A stretch of DNA of 31,526 bases, from the NCBI GenBank assembly GCA_964035545.1, contig CAXIUT010000086.1, positions 1 to 31,526 of the forward strand. Reading direction: 5' to 3'. Origin of the DNA: Bugula neritina (taxonomy: Eukaryota > Animalia > Bryozoa). This document shows positions 1-10,792 of this stretch, in pieces (position 1 is the stretch's first letter; every line of letters starts with the position of its first letter). The position numbers were made by a program, and so were the translations under genes. The notes beneath the pieces were generated by a model. It did no database searches. It saw only the letters and a program-made list of their open reading frames with translations, and was not told where the DNA came from.

Positions 1-81
1 CCCAACCCCAACCCCAACCCCAACCCCAACCCCAACCCCAACCCCAACCCCAACCCCAACCCCAACCCCAACCCCAACCCC
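1..81. repeat. Left telomere, (CCCCAA)n, C-rich strand
   Basis: Perfect CCCCAA tandem array from base 1 to 81, then unique AT-rich sequence. Same hexamer as Tetrahymena-type ciliate telomeres. Confidence 0.99.
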
Positions 82-192
82 GAGTAGTTATATTTATTAT
101 CATATCGATCATTTAAAAATATCATTAAGGAATATCATTGAAGATAAATAAAAGAATATGATAGAGATAAGTAGTGAATATAAAATGGAGTA

Positions 193-1490
193 TCATTTCT
201 TTTTGTTGACTCTTACATTTACAGGAACGCTTCTTTCGTTGTGAGTAGATGCTTTTTCAACAGTTTTTTGATAGCTTCCATCTTTATGGACATGAACTAC
301 TATTTATGGTTCAGAACTTCTAGATTCTACTTTTCTTTTTTATAAAAACGATTGGATCAGATCTAACTCTTTTTGTTGTTCTTCTATTGTTCTAACAAGA
401 GATTATCTTTCTTTTTGGTATTTGAATACATTTTCTTAATGTTGTTTTAGACATTATTCGTATTAGTTGATAGTTGATCTATGTTTATCTTAAAAGATTT
501 GTATTTATTGAACTAAATGAGCTATTTCTTCTTTAAGTTTAGCATTCTATAGCTCTAGCTACTAATCTCTAAAAGTAGTAGGTTCAATATATTTGGTAAC
601 TATTTTTTCTACTTAAACTATTTTTTATACTATTTTTTATACTTAAACTGGTCTTTAGATATAAACTGGTTCAACTTTAACTTATTTTTTAACTTTTTTG
701 CTATGATCTAACTCTTGGGTTAAACTTTATATCTTTTATGATAACTTATTGATATTACCTTTACATTTAGAGTGTACTTTTTATACTTATTACAATTCTA
801 ATTTGATTTGATTGTATTGATTTTAATGATCTTTTTTTATTTTTTATAATTTGTTTTATAGCAGTTCTATTTGCTAGTTTTTAGAAAGTAGATTATTTTT
901 TAATTTTTATACTTATGGAATTATAACTTGATATTTCTTTTAATATTATTTTACTTTATGTTTTAAATGTTAATTCTATGATTACAGTTGTTGGATTTGT
1001 TCTTGATATTGTTGGGTTATTCTTTTTCTCATTATTGTTACTTCTTATTATAATTTTACCTACCAATCTCTTTCACTTTTATTTCCTCGACTTCTGATCA
1101 TTTGCAGTTGGTTATCTTTATCATTTATTTCATTTTATAGCTATTTTTATTTGTATTTTAGTATTTAGTTTTACTTTTATAGAATCTTTACCTTTGCTTA
1201 GAGATTTATTATTCTTGAAGTCAAATTTCTTATTTAAACATTTTTGGTGTTAACTATTTGGTTTTGTTATGCTTCTTTTGAAGTAAATTATTGTTGCTGA
1301 ATGAATAGATAGTTACCATGAGAGTAGAACATTATGCATATATATTTTATTTGAGACGACCCATATCATTAGTCGCCTGTTTTTGTAGACATAAATATTT
1401 CTATTTCCACATTTATCTCTATTCCAGAAGTTGTTCATCCAGAGTTATCCGAGTTCCGCAGTGGCATCGGCATTTGCATAGATCATCCAT
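193..1490 (-). CDS. Coiled-coil protein (~425 aa) with a short alveolin/IMCp-like V/E/K/I-rich repeat; one 20-nt intron (1297-1316)
   Basis: ATG at 1490 (MDDLCKCRCHCG...). Removing GTAACTATCTATTCATTCAG avoids an early TGA and gives an E/K/Q-rich frame ending at TGA 193-195. 601-660 encodes IERPVEVEKIVEKIVEVEKI when TAA=Glu. Confidence 0.8.
1297..1316 (-). other. Tiny spliceosomal intron, 20 nt (GTAACTATCTATTCATTCAG)
   Basis: GT...CAG ends. Removal restores the long frame; the unspliced frame hits TGA within about 30 codons. Confidence 0.8.
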
Positions 1491-1647
1491 AACGAAATAA
1501 TTATAGAATTTAAATTATCATTGTTCAATGTTTAATATTATTTTATTTAAAAGAAAATTCAGGTATTTTGATGATTTGATCTTTTGAAGTTATAGTTCTT
1601 TCTAATTAAGTTTTATTTATTTAATAACTAAAAATAAGAAAGATTGA

Positions 1648-4293
1648 TCATTATTTATTTTAGGATTATTTTATAGTTAAAAATTTAGGTCTAACTCTGC
1701 CTCTACAAATAGGACATCTTAGATCTTGAACTAGCCATTTATCCCAGCATTACTGGCACATGCAATGATTACAAGTATTACTTTTTACCATTCTGCACTA
1801 AAGTTGACAAACTGGACATTGTTAATTTAGCTGGTTATATTGCTTTTACTGTCTTACGCATAAACAATTTCCCTCTAGTAACTCATCTTGGCATCTTCTT
1901 GCTTACGTATTAATTCTTCAGCATCGATTTATTCTTTCTTCTTTATGTCTTAGACCTCTTTTTCTGTCTTCATTGTTGCTATTAATTCTTGGAGAGATAA
2001 GTTCTTTGATTATCTGACTTCTTTTGGTTTTGTCTATACTATTGGTCTACTGATGGATTGTCTTAATGATTTTTGTGGTTGGGAAAATGTTTGTGAATCT
2101 AAGGAAAATCCTTTGACTGATACAAGACCCATGTCTTCTTTTATAGCTGTTAATTCTGGAGAACTTTCATTGATGTGATTTATTGCTTTTATTTTGGAAA
2201 TAAACTAGTTGAATTTTTATGGTTTAGATATGTTCATTCGAGCCCAGGAAGCTAGCTGAGCCTAGATGTCAGGTTTTGCAAATCGCGAATCAACGAGATA
2301 TACTGAACCATAGTCATCTGGAGTTCTTATTAAACGGCCAATTCCTTGATTTATTGCTCTTACTGTTTAGGCTTGGTACCATTGATTTCCATTGATAGTT
2401 GTTTGACCCTTTTCAGAAAGAGAATTGAGATACTTCATTTTGGCTTTTACTTTTACATCTTGTGAATTAGGGTATGGCACTCCTACTATTACAACTGCTC
2501 TGCATTTTTTTTGTGAGAAATCAAGACCTTATGAGATTCTACCTCTTACTAGAGCACAAAGAAGAGCTCCTTTCTCAGATTGTGCTTATTTCATATATCT
2601 TTCGAGAATATTAGCGAAATCAGAGCTGTCTTTTTTTTCAAAATATATATTTTTGAGTTAATATAATTTGGTTAGTATTTTTTGAGTATTGAGGTAGTTT
2701 CTCATTTGTTATAAGAAGGCATATGAAGGAAAAAGAGCCACGACTCCGTTTGGTGTATGTTTAACTATTTCATATAGGGCTTGAGAAATATCTTAGAAAA
2801 GGGTTTAGTTTTTTCTATTTTAGAATTTTGTGTCTAGAGGTCTTCCTGTAGGTCCTACTCCTAAGATAACTGTATTAGTCTGTTAAGGACAAAGTACATG
2901 TGGACAGGAGACTGGTTGAGCAAAATCAACTTTTAATTATAATGGCCACATTTTGAGAGGACTAAGAGTTCCTGAAGTTAGAATAATTGATCTTGGTTTA
3001 TGTTCCTGTATGACTTCTTTGAATCCACTTGATGGGTCAAGGCAAAATATACTTATCTTCATATCTGCTCCTTCATAAGCTATTTGGATGTTATATTGAG
3101 AATGATATTATTATGGTCTAGAGTGATTTATGATTTCACTAACTGTTTCCATAAACTTCATCCAACTTTCTAAAGCCCAGTAAGGATAGAAGATAATATC
3201 ACTTCTAAAGAGTTAATATTTTTTAATCATTTCTTTTATATTTTGAGATAATTTGCCAAATTGACATTGGGAAGTAGCTTTATCCAGAGTAGATATAAAT
3301 GTTTTTGATTAGAGGACTGTCCCTGATGAATCAGACGAGATATCTAGCATTTGTATATGTTCATAGATAAGTTGAATATAGGCTGCATTGATTTATATAT
3401 CTTATAAAGATACTTTTAAGGTTCTATTATTGTCTCCTTCACCTGAATCTTTCTGGTTTTTGTTCTCATTCAACTTTTATAGTCTGAGATCTTAAATTTG
3501 TTTAATAGTTCGGGTTAAAGTGCTCAAATTTAAGTTGTATTCTCTGAACTGTTAGCAAACTGACTGAATATTATGAGCTTCATCTAGAATAAGGATAGAT
3601 CCTTCGAGTCTGAACCCTTAATCATTTGTCCAAACCTTTTTATCAAAGAGGTAGTTATATGGAATAAGGACTATGTTAGCTATTGGTCTGGAATATCTTT
3701 AATAGAAGAAAGGACAAAAGTTTTATAACTTTCCTTTGATAACTAATTCTTAGATATCAAACTTCTTTGCTAGTTAAACTTGTTTGTCATAGTAAATTTA
3801 ATTTTTGTAGAAATGGCAACTTCTTCCTTTCTTCTGGGCTATTCTCAACCGACATTAAAGTTATTTATCTTGTCCTTTCAGCAATTTAAGATCCTCATTG
3901 GCACAGGTTTGATCTCTACTGCTCAAAATGGCTATTTTAACTTGATAGCATAATTTATTGATCTATGCTACGACTTGTTTGAGTTGAGCATGAGTTCTTG
4001 ATGCATATACTATCTGTATGGGAGGTTGGTTGGTGCGTTCTTGTTCTTACATAACATACGAAAGAGTCGAGCAGAGAAGAGATATTGTTTTACCTGTTCC
4101 TGTTGGACTTTGAATAAGTGCATTTTGTTTATTTTTGAGACAGTTAATGATCTAGATGAGAGAGGTGTACATAGTTGATGTATGTGTTTTGGGACTAATA
4201 GATTTAGTATGGAGTGTAGACTGGAGTGGAATCGAATTGGTATTTATAGTGTTTTGAGGCGTCTTTGATGGATATTCTGTTGGTTTTTGACAT
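1648..4293 (-). CDS. Fe-S cluster SF2 DNA helicase of the RTEL1/FANCJ (Rad3/XPD family) type with a C-terminal C3HC4 RING finger; 19-nt intron at 4152-4170 and a second frame change near 1849-1906
   Basis: Motifs: [11 protein letters not shown] (Walker A), YASRTHAQLKQV, four Fe-S Cys (SRDQTC...ECR...SCHFY...CPFF), PYNYLFD, ILDEAHN, IILTSGTLSP, RGRISEGLDF, RAINQGIGRLIR. A RING (CPVC...CNHCMCQEC...CPIC) lies in another frame ending at TGA 1648-1650. The unspliced helicase frame would end at 1518. Confidence 0.88.
4152..4170 (-). other. Tiny spliceosomal intron, 19 nt (GTACACCTCTCTCATCTAG)
   Basis: Removal joins SQNTYINY to [22 protein letters not shown], which aligns without gaps to the recalled RTEL1 N-terminus ([30 protein letters not shown]). 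Confidence 0.88.
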
Positions 4294-4428
4294 GGCGGTC
4301 AAATACTATTGTATTTATCAGAAGTAATTAAGTGATTAATAGATATAAAAGGTTATGATATAACGTTAATTAGTTGATATTGTGATTATTTTAGGTTAAT
4401 TAGTTGGTTTGAGATGATATAATGATAA

Positions 4429-5916
4429 TCATAGGAATTCGACCTAGTCATGTGGGTGTTTCAACTGAACAAAGGGATAGATTTTAGGTTCTACCATATT
4501 TTCAGGTAAGGTGATTTGGACAAAGGGTTCGCTTGCTCCTGTTCTTAAGAATTTGACTTTTCTTTGTTTGGATTAGACTTCGATAATGATGAGAGTATAT
4601 TTTTCGATTTAATCATATTTAATACTCTTATTTTTTCCATCAATGTACAACTCATAGTTATCACCACAGCCCATAAAGATAACTTTTTTTTGACATTTAT
4701 CAATTTTCTGTAGATTTTTATGTTATTCACACATAATGCCAAAACTGATGTCTTGATTTGTTACTTTATTTATCATCAATGTTATTTTTTGTCTCTTCTT
4801 TTTAGGAATTTCATTCTGGCTGTAAACATGATATTCTTATCTCTACTCTTAGCTCTCTTGTCCTTCATTTTCTTTTTTAGTTATCTTTAAATTATCTATT
4901 TGGAATTGATTTAGGTATTTATTTGACTCGTCCAGTTGAAATATAAACTATTGAGTACATGTGGTGATATATTTTTAGTTTTAGTTGGAAATTTTAGCGG
5001 ATCGTAAGGGTGAAATGTTTGGTTCTGATTAGTCTAGGTTTATATATGATATTGATGTTTGGTATCTTTGGGTTATCTTTTTGTTGCCTTATTAGTTAAA
5101 AATTTTCTTTTTTGTGTCAGCCAAAGATGTAAAGTTGACTTCTTTTTTTTCTTTTGGTTATCTTTGTTATTCTAACCATTAATTGGCTGATTTTTTATTA
5201 TCTTTTTTTGTCTATTTTGTTTATTTTCTCTATTTTTGTTCTATTCTTTATGAATATTGATTTTTTTTGTCATTTATATTGTAGAATTGTTAAAAGTATT
5301 TTTAGCATTATTTTCTCTCTTTATTTGAATTTTTGTGAGCCTAAAAGGAGTCTTTTTATCTTTTGTTATTTTTATTTTTTTATCTATCATTTTTTTCTTT
5401 ATTTTTAGCAAAAATGAATATTGTTTTTTACAATTTTTAAATTCTTTTTTAAAGTTGTGAACATTTTTAGTTATTGACTTTATTTTGCTACTCGATTGTA
5501 TTTTGCCACTATTATTGGAATTTCTTTTATAGTTTTTAATATTGTTTATTTTTCTTTTCCAGATTTTCATTTTCAAGTTCCAGACTGTCTACTTTTCTGA
5601 AAGGTCTTGAATTCATAGGTATTTTAACGAATTTAGTTATCTTTAATTCCACCAAATAGATTTTTAATGTAAGGATGTTATTTTCCAAAAAAAGAAGAGT
5701 ATAGCTATCTTTGAGATATTCATATAGTTCTAGGACAGTATAGATGAAGTTAGCACAAGATGAGGGAAGATTTGATTCTTTGACCACAGCAGTAACTAAC
5801 AGCTTTTATGAAAACATTCTTCCTGAGATAAACAGTTCACTTTCTTCTAGCGTACAAGTAAAATCAAACTTGATAAGGGTTCTTTTGAAGGACTTGGGAC
5901 CAGTCTAGACGATCAT
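4429..5916 (-). CDS. Hypothetical protein (~495 aa): N-terminal globular region, central coiled coil, C-terminal SPRY/B30.2-like beta domain
   Basis: Frame is open from ATG 5916 to TGA 4429-4431 with TAR=Glu. The C-terminus (ISFGIM...KVKFLRTG...KIYPFVQLKHPHDEVEFL) resembles SPRY-like ends; the domain call is pattern recall only. Confidence 0.75.
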
Positions 5917-5982
5917 TGCTATTTATTTATAAATTACTAATTAATTAAAATTGCCTCTTAAAACTATATATAATCATCTGAA

Positions 5983-8166
5983 TCATCTTAGTTATTTTAG
6001 TTGTTTAAGCCATTGACATAGCCTTGAATCTCTTTGTTGATTGATAGTCCTTATTCTTTACTTTTTAGGTAGTTTATTATTGGTTATTTGTAGTAGTATA
6101 ATTTTGGGAGGTGTTTTTTATATATCTTTTAAATATGATTTTGTTTTTTATTCGAGACTGATTGTTTTATTTTGTTCTATTTTTTGAGATTTTGGTGATT
6201 ATACTGAGCTGGACCATTTGTTTTTACTTTTTTTGGTGAGTTAGTTTTTAATTTTGGTTGGTGTTCTTGATTTTGATCTTTTTTATGTTCTTACCTTTTA
6301 TGCTTATATCAATTGTTTCTTTAAAAATAATTCATATGATTCATCTAGTTATTCCATATTGTTGTTCTAGTTATTGAGTTTTATCTAAGATAAAGGTTAT
6401 ATTGTTATTTATTATGACTGTTTTATTGATATTTAAGGATCTTATTTGATATACTTTGGAACTTTTATGATAGATTCTTAGTTATTTTATAACTATAATG
6501 AATTTTTAAATGTAATTTATACTATTTAATTATTTTATATACTCTTTGTTATTTCCTTATTATTATTTTATTATTTATTACTATTTTTATTAAAAAGAAG
6601 AGGCACTTTAATGGTATTAACTACTCGATATTAATTAACTCTAATATTTTAAAACAACTCGTCAGTAAAGAAACATCCCAAATCTTTAGTAATTTGATTT
6701 TAGTAAAAATTGAAACAACTATTATTTTGATAAAAATTGATAACATTATCAATTAGTTTTAAACTTTACTGACAGATAGTAATTTAGTGGTAGTGATTGA
6801 AGGTGTTTTTGATGGTGATTGAATATTGATAATAGAATTTGAATAATTTGATGGTATGCATGAACAATCTTTAATTTTTATCTTTTAAATTTTATACTAT
6901 GAGTTGTATTTGATTGTAAAATGTAAAGAAATAGGTGAAAAGAGGGAAAGTTATATTATTTTTATTATCTACTTTATTTTATTATATTTTAAGAATAGTT
7001 TATTTCTACATATTGATAAATACCAATTTAAGTAGCTATATTATTCTTACAACTATGATATCATTATATTTATATTCTATTAGGATTTTTAAACTATGTT
7101 AGATTACTTTATTTCTTATGAATAGTTGTATTTTATATTGATTTTCACCCATATCTGAGCAAAATATTATCAGCCAGTCCAAAAATACAGGATAGACTAT
7201 GCTGACAGGTTGGTTGAATATTGAAGTAATGATGGGTTATCTGAAGGAGTCGAGCCACTAGTAGTTAATTGGTAGGCTTTTTATTCTTAATAGTAATATT
7301 TCATTTAGTTGGATTATTTATAAAACTGAGGATTGGAGAGATTTGTCTGGATGGTTGAGGATGTGAGTAATTAATATGAATTTTTGTTGGATTGTTATGT
7401 ATAAATTAGAAAATATTAATATCTTTTTATTCTTTTGCTAGTTGAATGTAGAAGTATTCATGATGTACTTGATTGATTCCTAGAAATACATTTTTATGAA
7501 TAGTAATGAATTTTAAAGAGTATCTTAGTCAATATTGACTCCTTGGAAGTAAAGTTCAAGATATCTAAAGCAACATCCAATAATATTTCTTTTAAATTCC
7601 TATTTAACGACATATTAATCATCGTTATAGTCGATAGTAATAAACAGACAAAAGCATGATACTATCGAATACTTATGCATATGTTTCCCAAACACGTTAA
7701 TAATCTTATTAATTTCCTGTTCCAAAATAGGTACTAATATATTCCGATTGATTCTTATTTTGATAACTACTTTCACCAATTCCTATAGATACCCATGATA
7801 GATATTGATATTCTATCTATGCGGGTCAACCGTACCAAAATACTAAACCAAATATCTGATATACAATTCTAGCATTTATTTGGTCCACTGAAGATGGATC
7901 CATAGGTGTTAGTTAGTCATCATTTAGATGGCTTTTGTGGGGTACATATATTTTTTATTGAAGTTGTCGTCTGGTTTGGCGTATTAAAGACAATAGCATA
8001 GAGATTGCTTGATTATTTATTAGATGTTATTTAAGAAATAGTTTTGGACTTCTTTTATTAGGGGAAGTTCTTTTATGAGGATGTCTTTTTTGTTGAGGAG
8101 GGTTTCGAGGGTGAAGGGTTGGGTGATTATTTGTTGCCATTCTGGGGTGTTGGGATTGGCCCACAT
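5983..8166 (-). CDS. SAPS-domain protein (SIT4-associated / PP6 regulatory subunit-like), ~727 aa
   Basis: Intronless frame translated in full. FTLETLL, KYMYPTKAIEMMT (cf. FKYPNTACELLT), KHMHKYSIVSCF (cf. KHIGTSALMDLL) and EYKYNDII (cf. KYTWNNFL) occur in the expected order. Confidence 0.72.
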
Positions 8167-8205
8167 TTGAATTTAAATAACTGTTGGTATAATTATGATA
8201 TAATA

Positions 8206-8898
8206 TCATTTTTTAGTTAGTTTGTAGACCTAAAAATCTATTTATTTCAAAAGTGGGTATCTTTTAACACCATCTGCTGAATTCTACAATGGACTTTAAA
8301 AATATTGTTCTTTCTATAATTTCTATTTCTATACCATAAATATTTCATCTTCCACTTTATCTAAAAATAACTAAGCATAGTTCTTTCTTACTGGAATAAC
8401 TATGATACCCAAACCTCCCTTAGCAAGCTTCTATTTGAATATTTGGTAGAGATCTGCTACTGGGCATCCGAAATAGACTATATCGCTGCCCATGATGATA
8501 TCGTATGTTTTTGGTTATGGTTGGTGTTTGGTCCAATCTAGTTCGTAGACTGGACATTTAATATCATTTTTATTCATGTTTCTTTTGATGTTGTCAATGA
8601 CAGCTATGTGGTAATCAGTGATATCGACTTCTTTTGCCTATGTCCATTTCTTTGCGGCTAGACCGGCGATACCAACTCCTGCGCCTAGTTCTAGAATGGT
8701 TTTGTTTTTGAAGATGGAGTTGTTAGCGATGACGTATCTGGATAGGAGGATTCCTGCTTACCAGAGTCGTAGTCCATCGAGTTGATGTGGAAATTTATCT
8801 ATGTTGTTGATGAGGAGGGTCATTTTGAAGTTGTGGTGGATGATGATTTTTTATAGTTTTGAATCGAGAGTCATAGTTTTAGGATTGTTATTTCCCAT
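8206..8898 (-). CDS. Family-16 seven-beta-strand protein lysine methyltransferase (METTL21/EEF2KMT-like), 230 aa
   Basis: DGLRLWEAGILLSRY, KTILELGAGVGIAGL (motif I), VDITDY, ELDW, YDIIMGSDIVY (DxxY motif). ATG 8898, TGA 8206-8208. Confidence 0.9.
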
Positions 8899-8996
8899 TG
8901 TATAAAATTAAATAGTAAGATATTATTGGGATAGTTATTAATATGTTAAATGATATATGTTTAGCCCTCCAAATGATATTAATATGAATAATAATT

Positions 8997-10134
8997 ATGT
9001 AATAGTAGGAGGATAATCATACGCCTTTGGAAGTGATTTAAAATCATAGCAACCTGCCCTTTATTATTTAGAATTATACCAAAGAAGATAGGTTGAAGGA
9101 AAGGTAGAATCGACCTAAGTTGGGCTTGAGGAGGTTGACTTAAGATAAAAAATTAGTATCAATAGACCTGGATATTCCTGTTGATTAAAACACAATTATT
9201 AAAGATAAGTTTGATTGGGATCTAACTAAAGATAAAATATCTCCCACTTAGTTTTCAAAGGAGTTGGTGGCAGCTTTGAATTTGCCTGAAGATTATGTTG
9301 AAAAGATGAAGGAGCAGATATTATCTCAAATAATGCAGCATATTAAAACTCATACCAGGCAGAAACCACCAGAGTAACGATAGACTTTTGATGACCAGCT
9401 GTACAATCGAGGATATCAGCCTATTCGTTTCAACAACGAGTACGCTGAGTAGGATATTGAGAAGGAGTAGAACTAGAAGAAGAAGATGTCTCGGTTGAGA
9501 AGAAATGATATGAAAAGGGCGACTGTTGCTAACACTATGCCTCCTAATAGATATTTTAAGGAAAAGAAGGTCTGTCGGAACTGTCGGAATGAAAATGTGA
9601 CTCCTGGTTTTGAATGTAAGAATTGTAAGATGCCATTTGAGTTGTTGTAGTTGTTGAATTTGGATGATAGACGGGTGAAAATATCAGTGAAGTATTATTA
9701 GAAGATAGCTAATAAGATACCTTTGCTAACTTATTAAGCTAAGAAAAGACATTTTTAGAAGGAAGATTTCGATTCTTTCTATGCTACTTACAATAAAATA
9801 AAAAACATTTTTTAAAATAGTGATTAGTTGTCAAAGGAGAATCTGCATCAGGTTAAGTATATTATGGAAAAATATCATTAGTATTTTTTGAATGGACAAA
9901 TCGATTTCAACGACTAAGAAATCATTTAGTATTTTATTATTAATATTTAGTTAAAAGGATCTGAGAAAGGATTCTAAGGAGTAAGATTTGGCTCGATCTA
10001 AAAGACCTAGAGGTCGTCCAAGAAAAATAAAAATAATTAATGACGATTTAATACCCAATTCTGATAACAATTAAGAAGAGTCTTCTTCTTAAAGTGAAGA
10101 GGAAGAATCGTAGTCTTCAGGGGAAACATCTTGA
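8997..10134 (+). CDS. SNF5/SMARCB1/Sfh1-domain chromatin protein with a CxxC...CxxC zinc ribbon and a C-terminal AT-hook; 22-nt intron 9929-9950
   Basis: LVSIDLDIPVDENTIIKDKFDWDLTKDKISPTEFSKELVAALNL matches the SNF5 repeat. CRNC...CKNC follows. After splicing GTATTTTATTATTAATATTTAG the frame gives KRPRGRPRK and an acidic tail ending at TGA 10132-10134. Confidence 0.82.
9929..9950 (+). other. Tiny spliceosomal intron, 22 nt (GTATTTTATTATTAATATTTAG)
   Basis: AT-rich GT...TAG; removal brings the AT-hook and acidic tail into frame. Confidence 0.82.
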
Positions 10135-10260
10135 TACGCAGTTATTGATTCAATCGTTAAATATATCAGATAATTGACTTTATTGTTGTTTTTGGGTTAA
10201 TATAATAAGGATACCAGATGATATAAGATAGAAGAGTATTAGCTATTATTAATGTTTTAT

Positions 10261-10659
10261 TCAATCATCTTTCTTTTTGATTCTACTGAGAAGATCCATT
10301 TTAGCGTTTTTTCCGACTTAAAGTAAATTTTATTTTATTGTACCTTTCTTCATTTCATACTAATCCTTTGCTATTTCGATCTTATCCTTGGCAAATTCAA
10401 CTACTTTACCTCTTGCTTCAGATATCTTCTGAGATTTGATAGAATAGTGCATGTAAAGAGAAGGACCTGCCAGAAGAGCCAAATTTAAAGCTACTTTTCC
10501 CGTAAAAGGAACATTTGGTATAAATTTGAGTAAATAATTAAAAGGAACTAAGGAGACAGCTGAAAGTCCAGCAGTTATTTGCATTTTTTGTTTGTATTCT
10601 TCTGAAGCCTACCGTATAAAGGTTTGACTTTACTTCTTAAACTCTTTAAGATGCTACAT
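10261..10659 (-). CDS. Small predicted two-TM membrane protein, 132 aa; paralog of 16317-16760
   Basis: MEHLKEFKKESQTFIREASEEYKQKMQITAGLSAVSLVPFNYLLKF...TGKVALNLALLAGPSLYMHYSIK..., ending at TGA 10261-10263. Confidence 0.78.
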
Positions 10660-10792
10660 ATTATTCTATCCAAAATATAAAGTTATATCACAATTAACCA
10701 TAATTATGGCTTTATAATAGTTGATAAGAGATAGTTATTTAAATTTATTGATTATAACTTTTTTGATTATAAAACAGATATTTGAGTAGATA

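Noticed and set aside
7790-7860. TOR kinase similarity (FGTVDPH versus LGALDPY)
   Set aside because: No kinase or FAT domains; the ORF is 727 aa and fits the SAPS family better.
9104-9119. 16-nt intron (GTAGAATCGACCTAAG) in the SNF5 gene from an ATG at 8957
   Set aside because: Unnecessary: ATG 8997 opens the SNF5 frame directly with a natural sequence.
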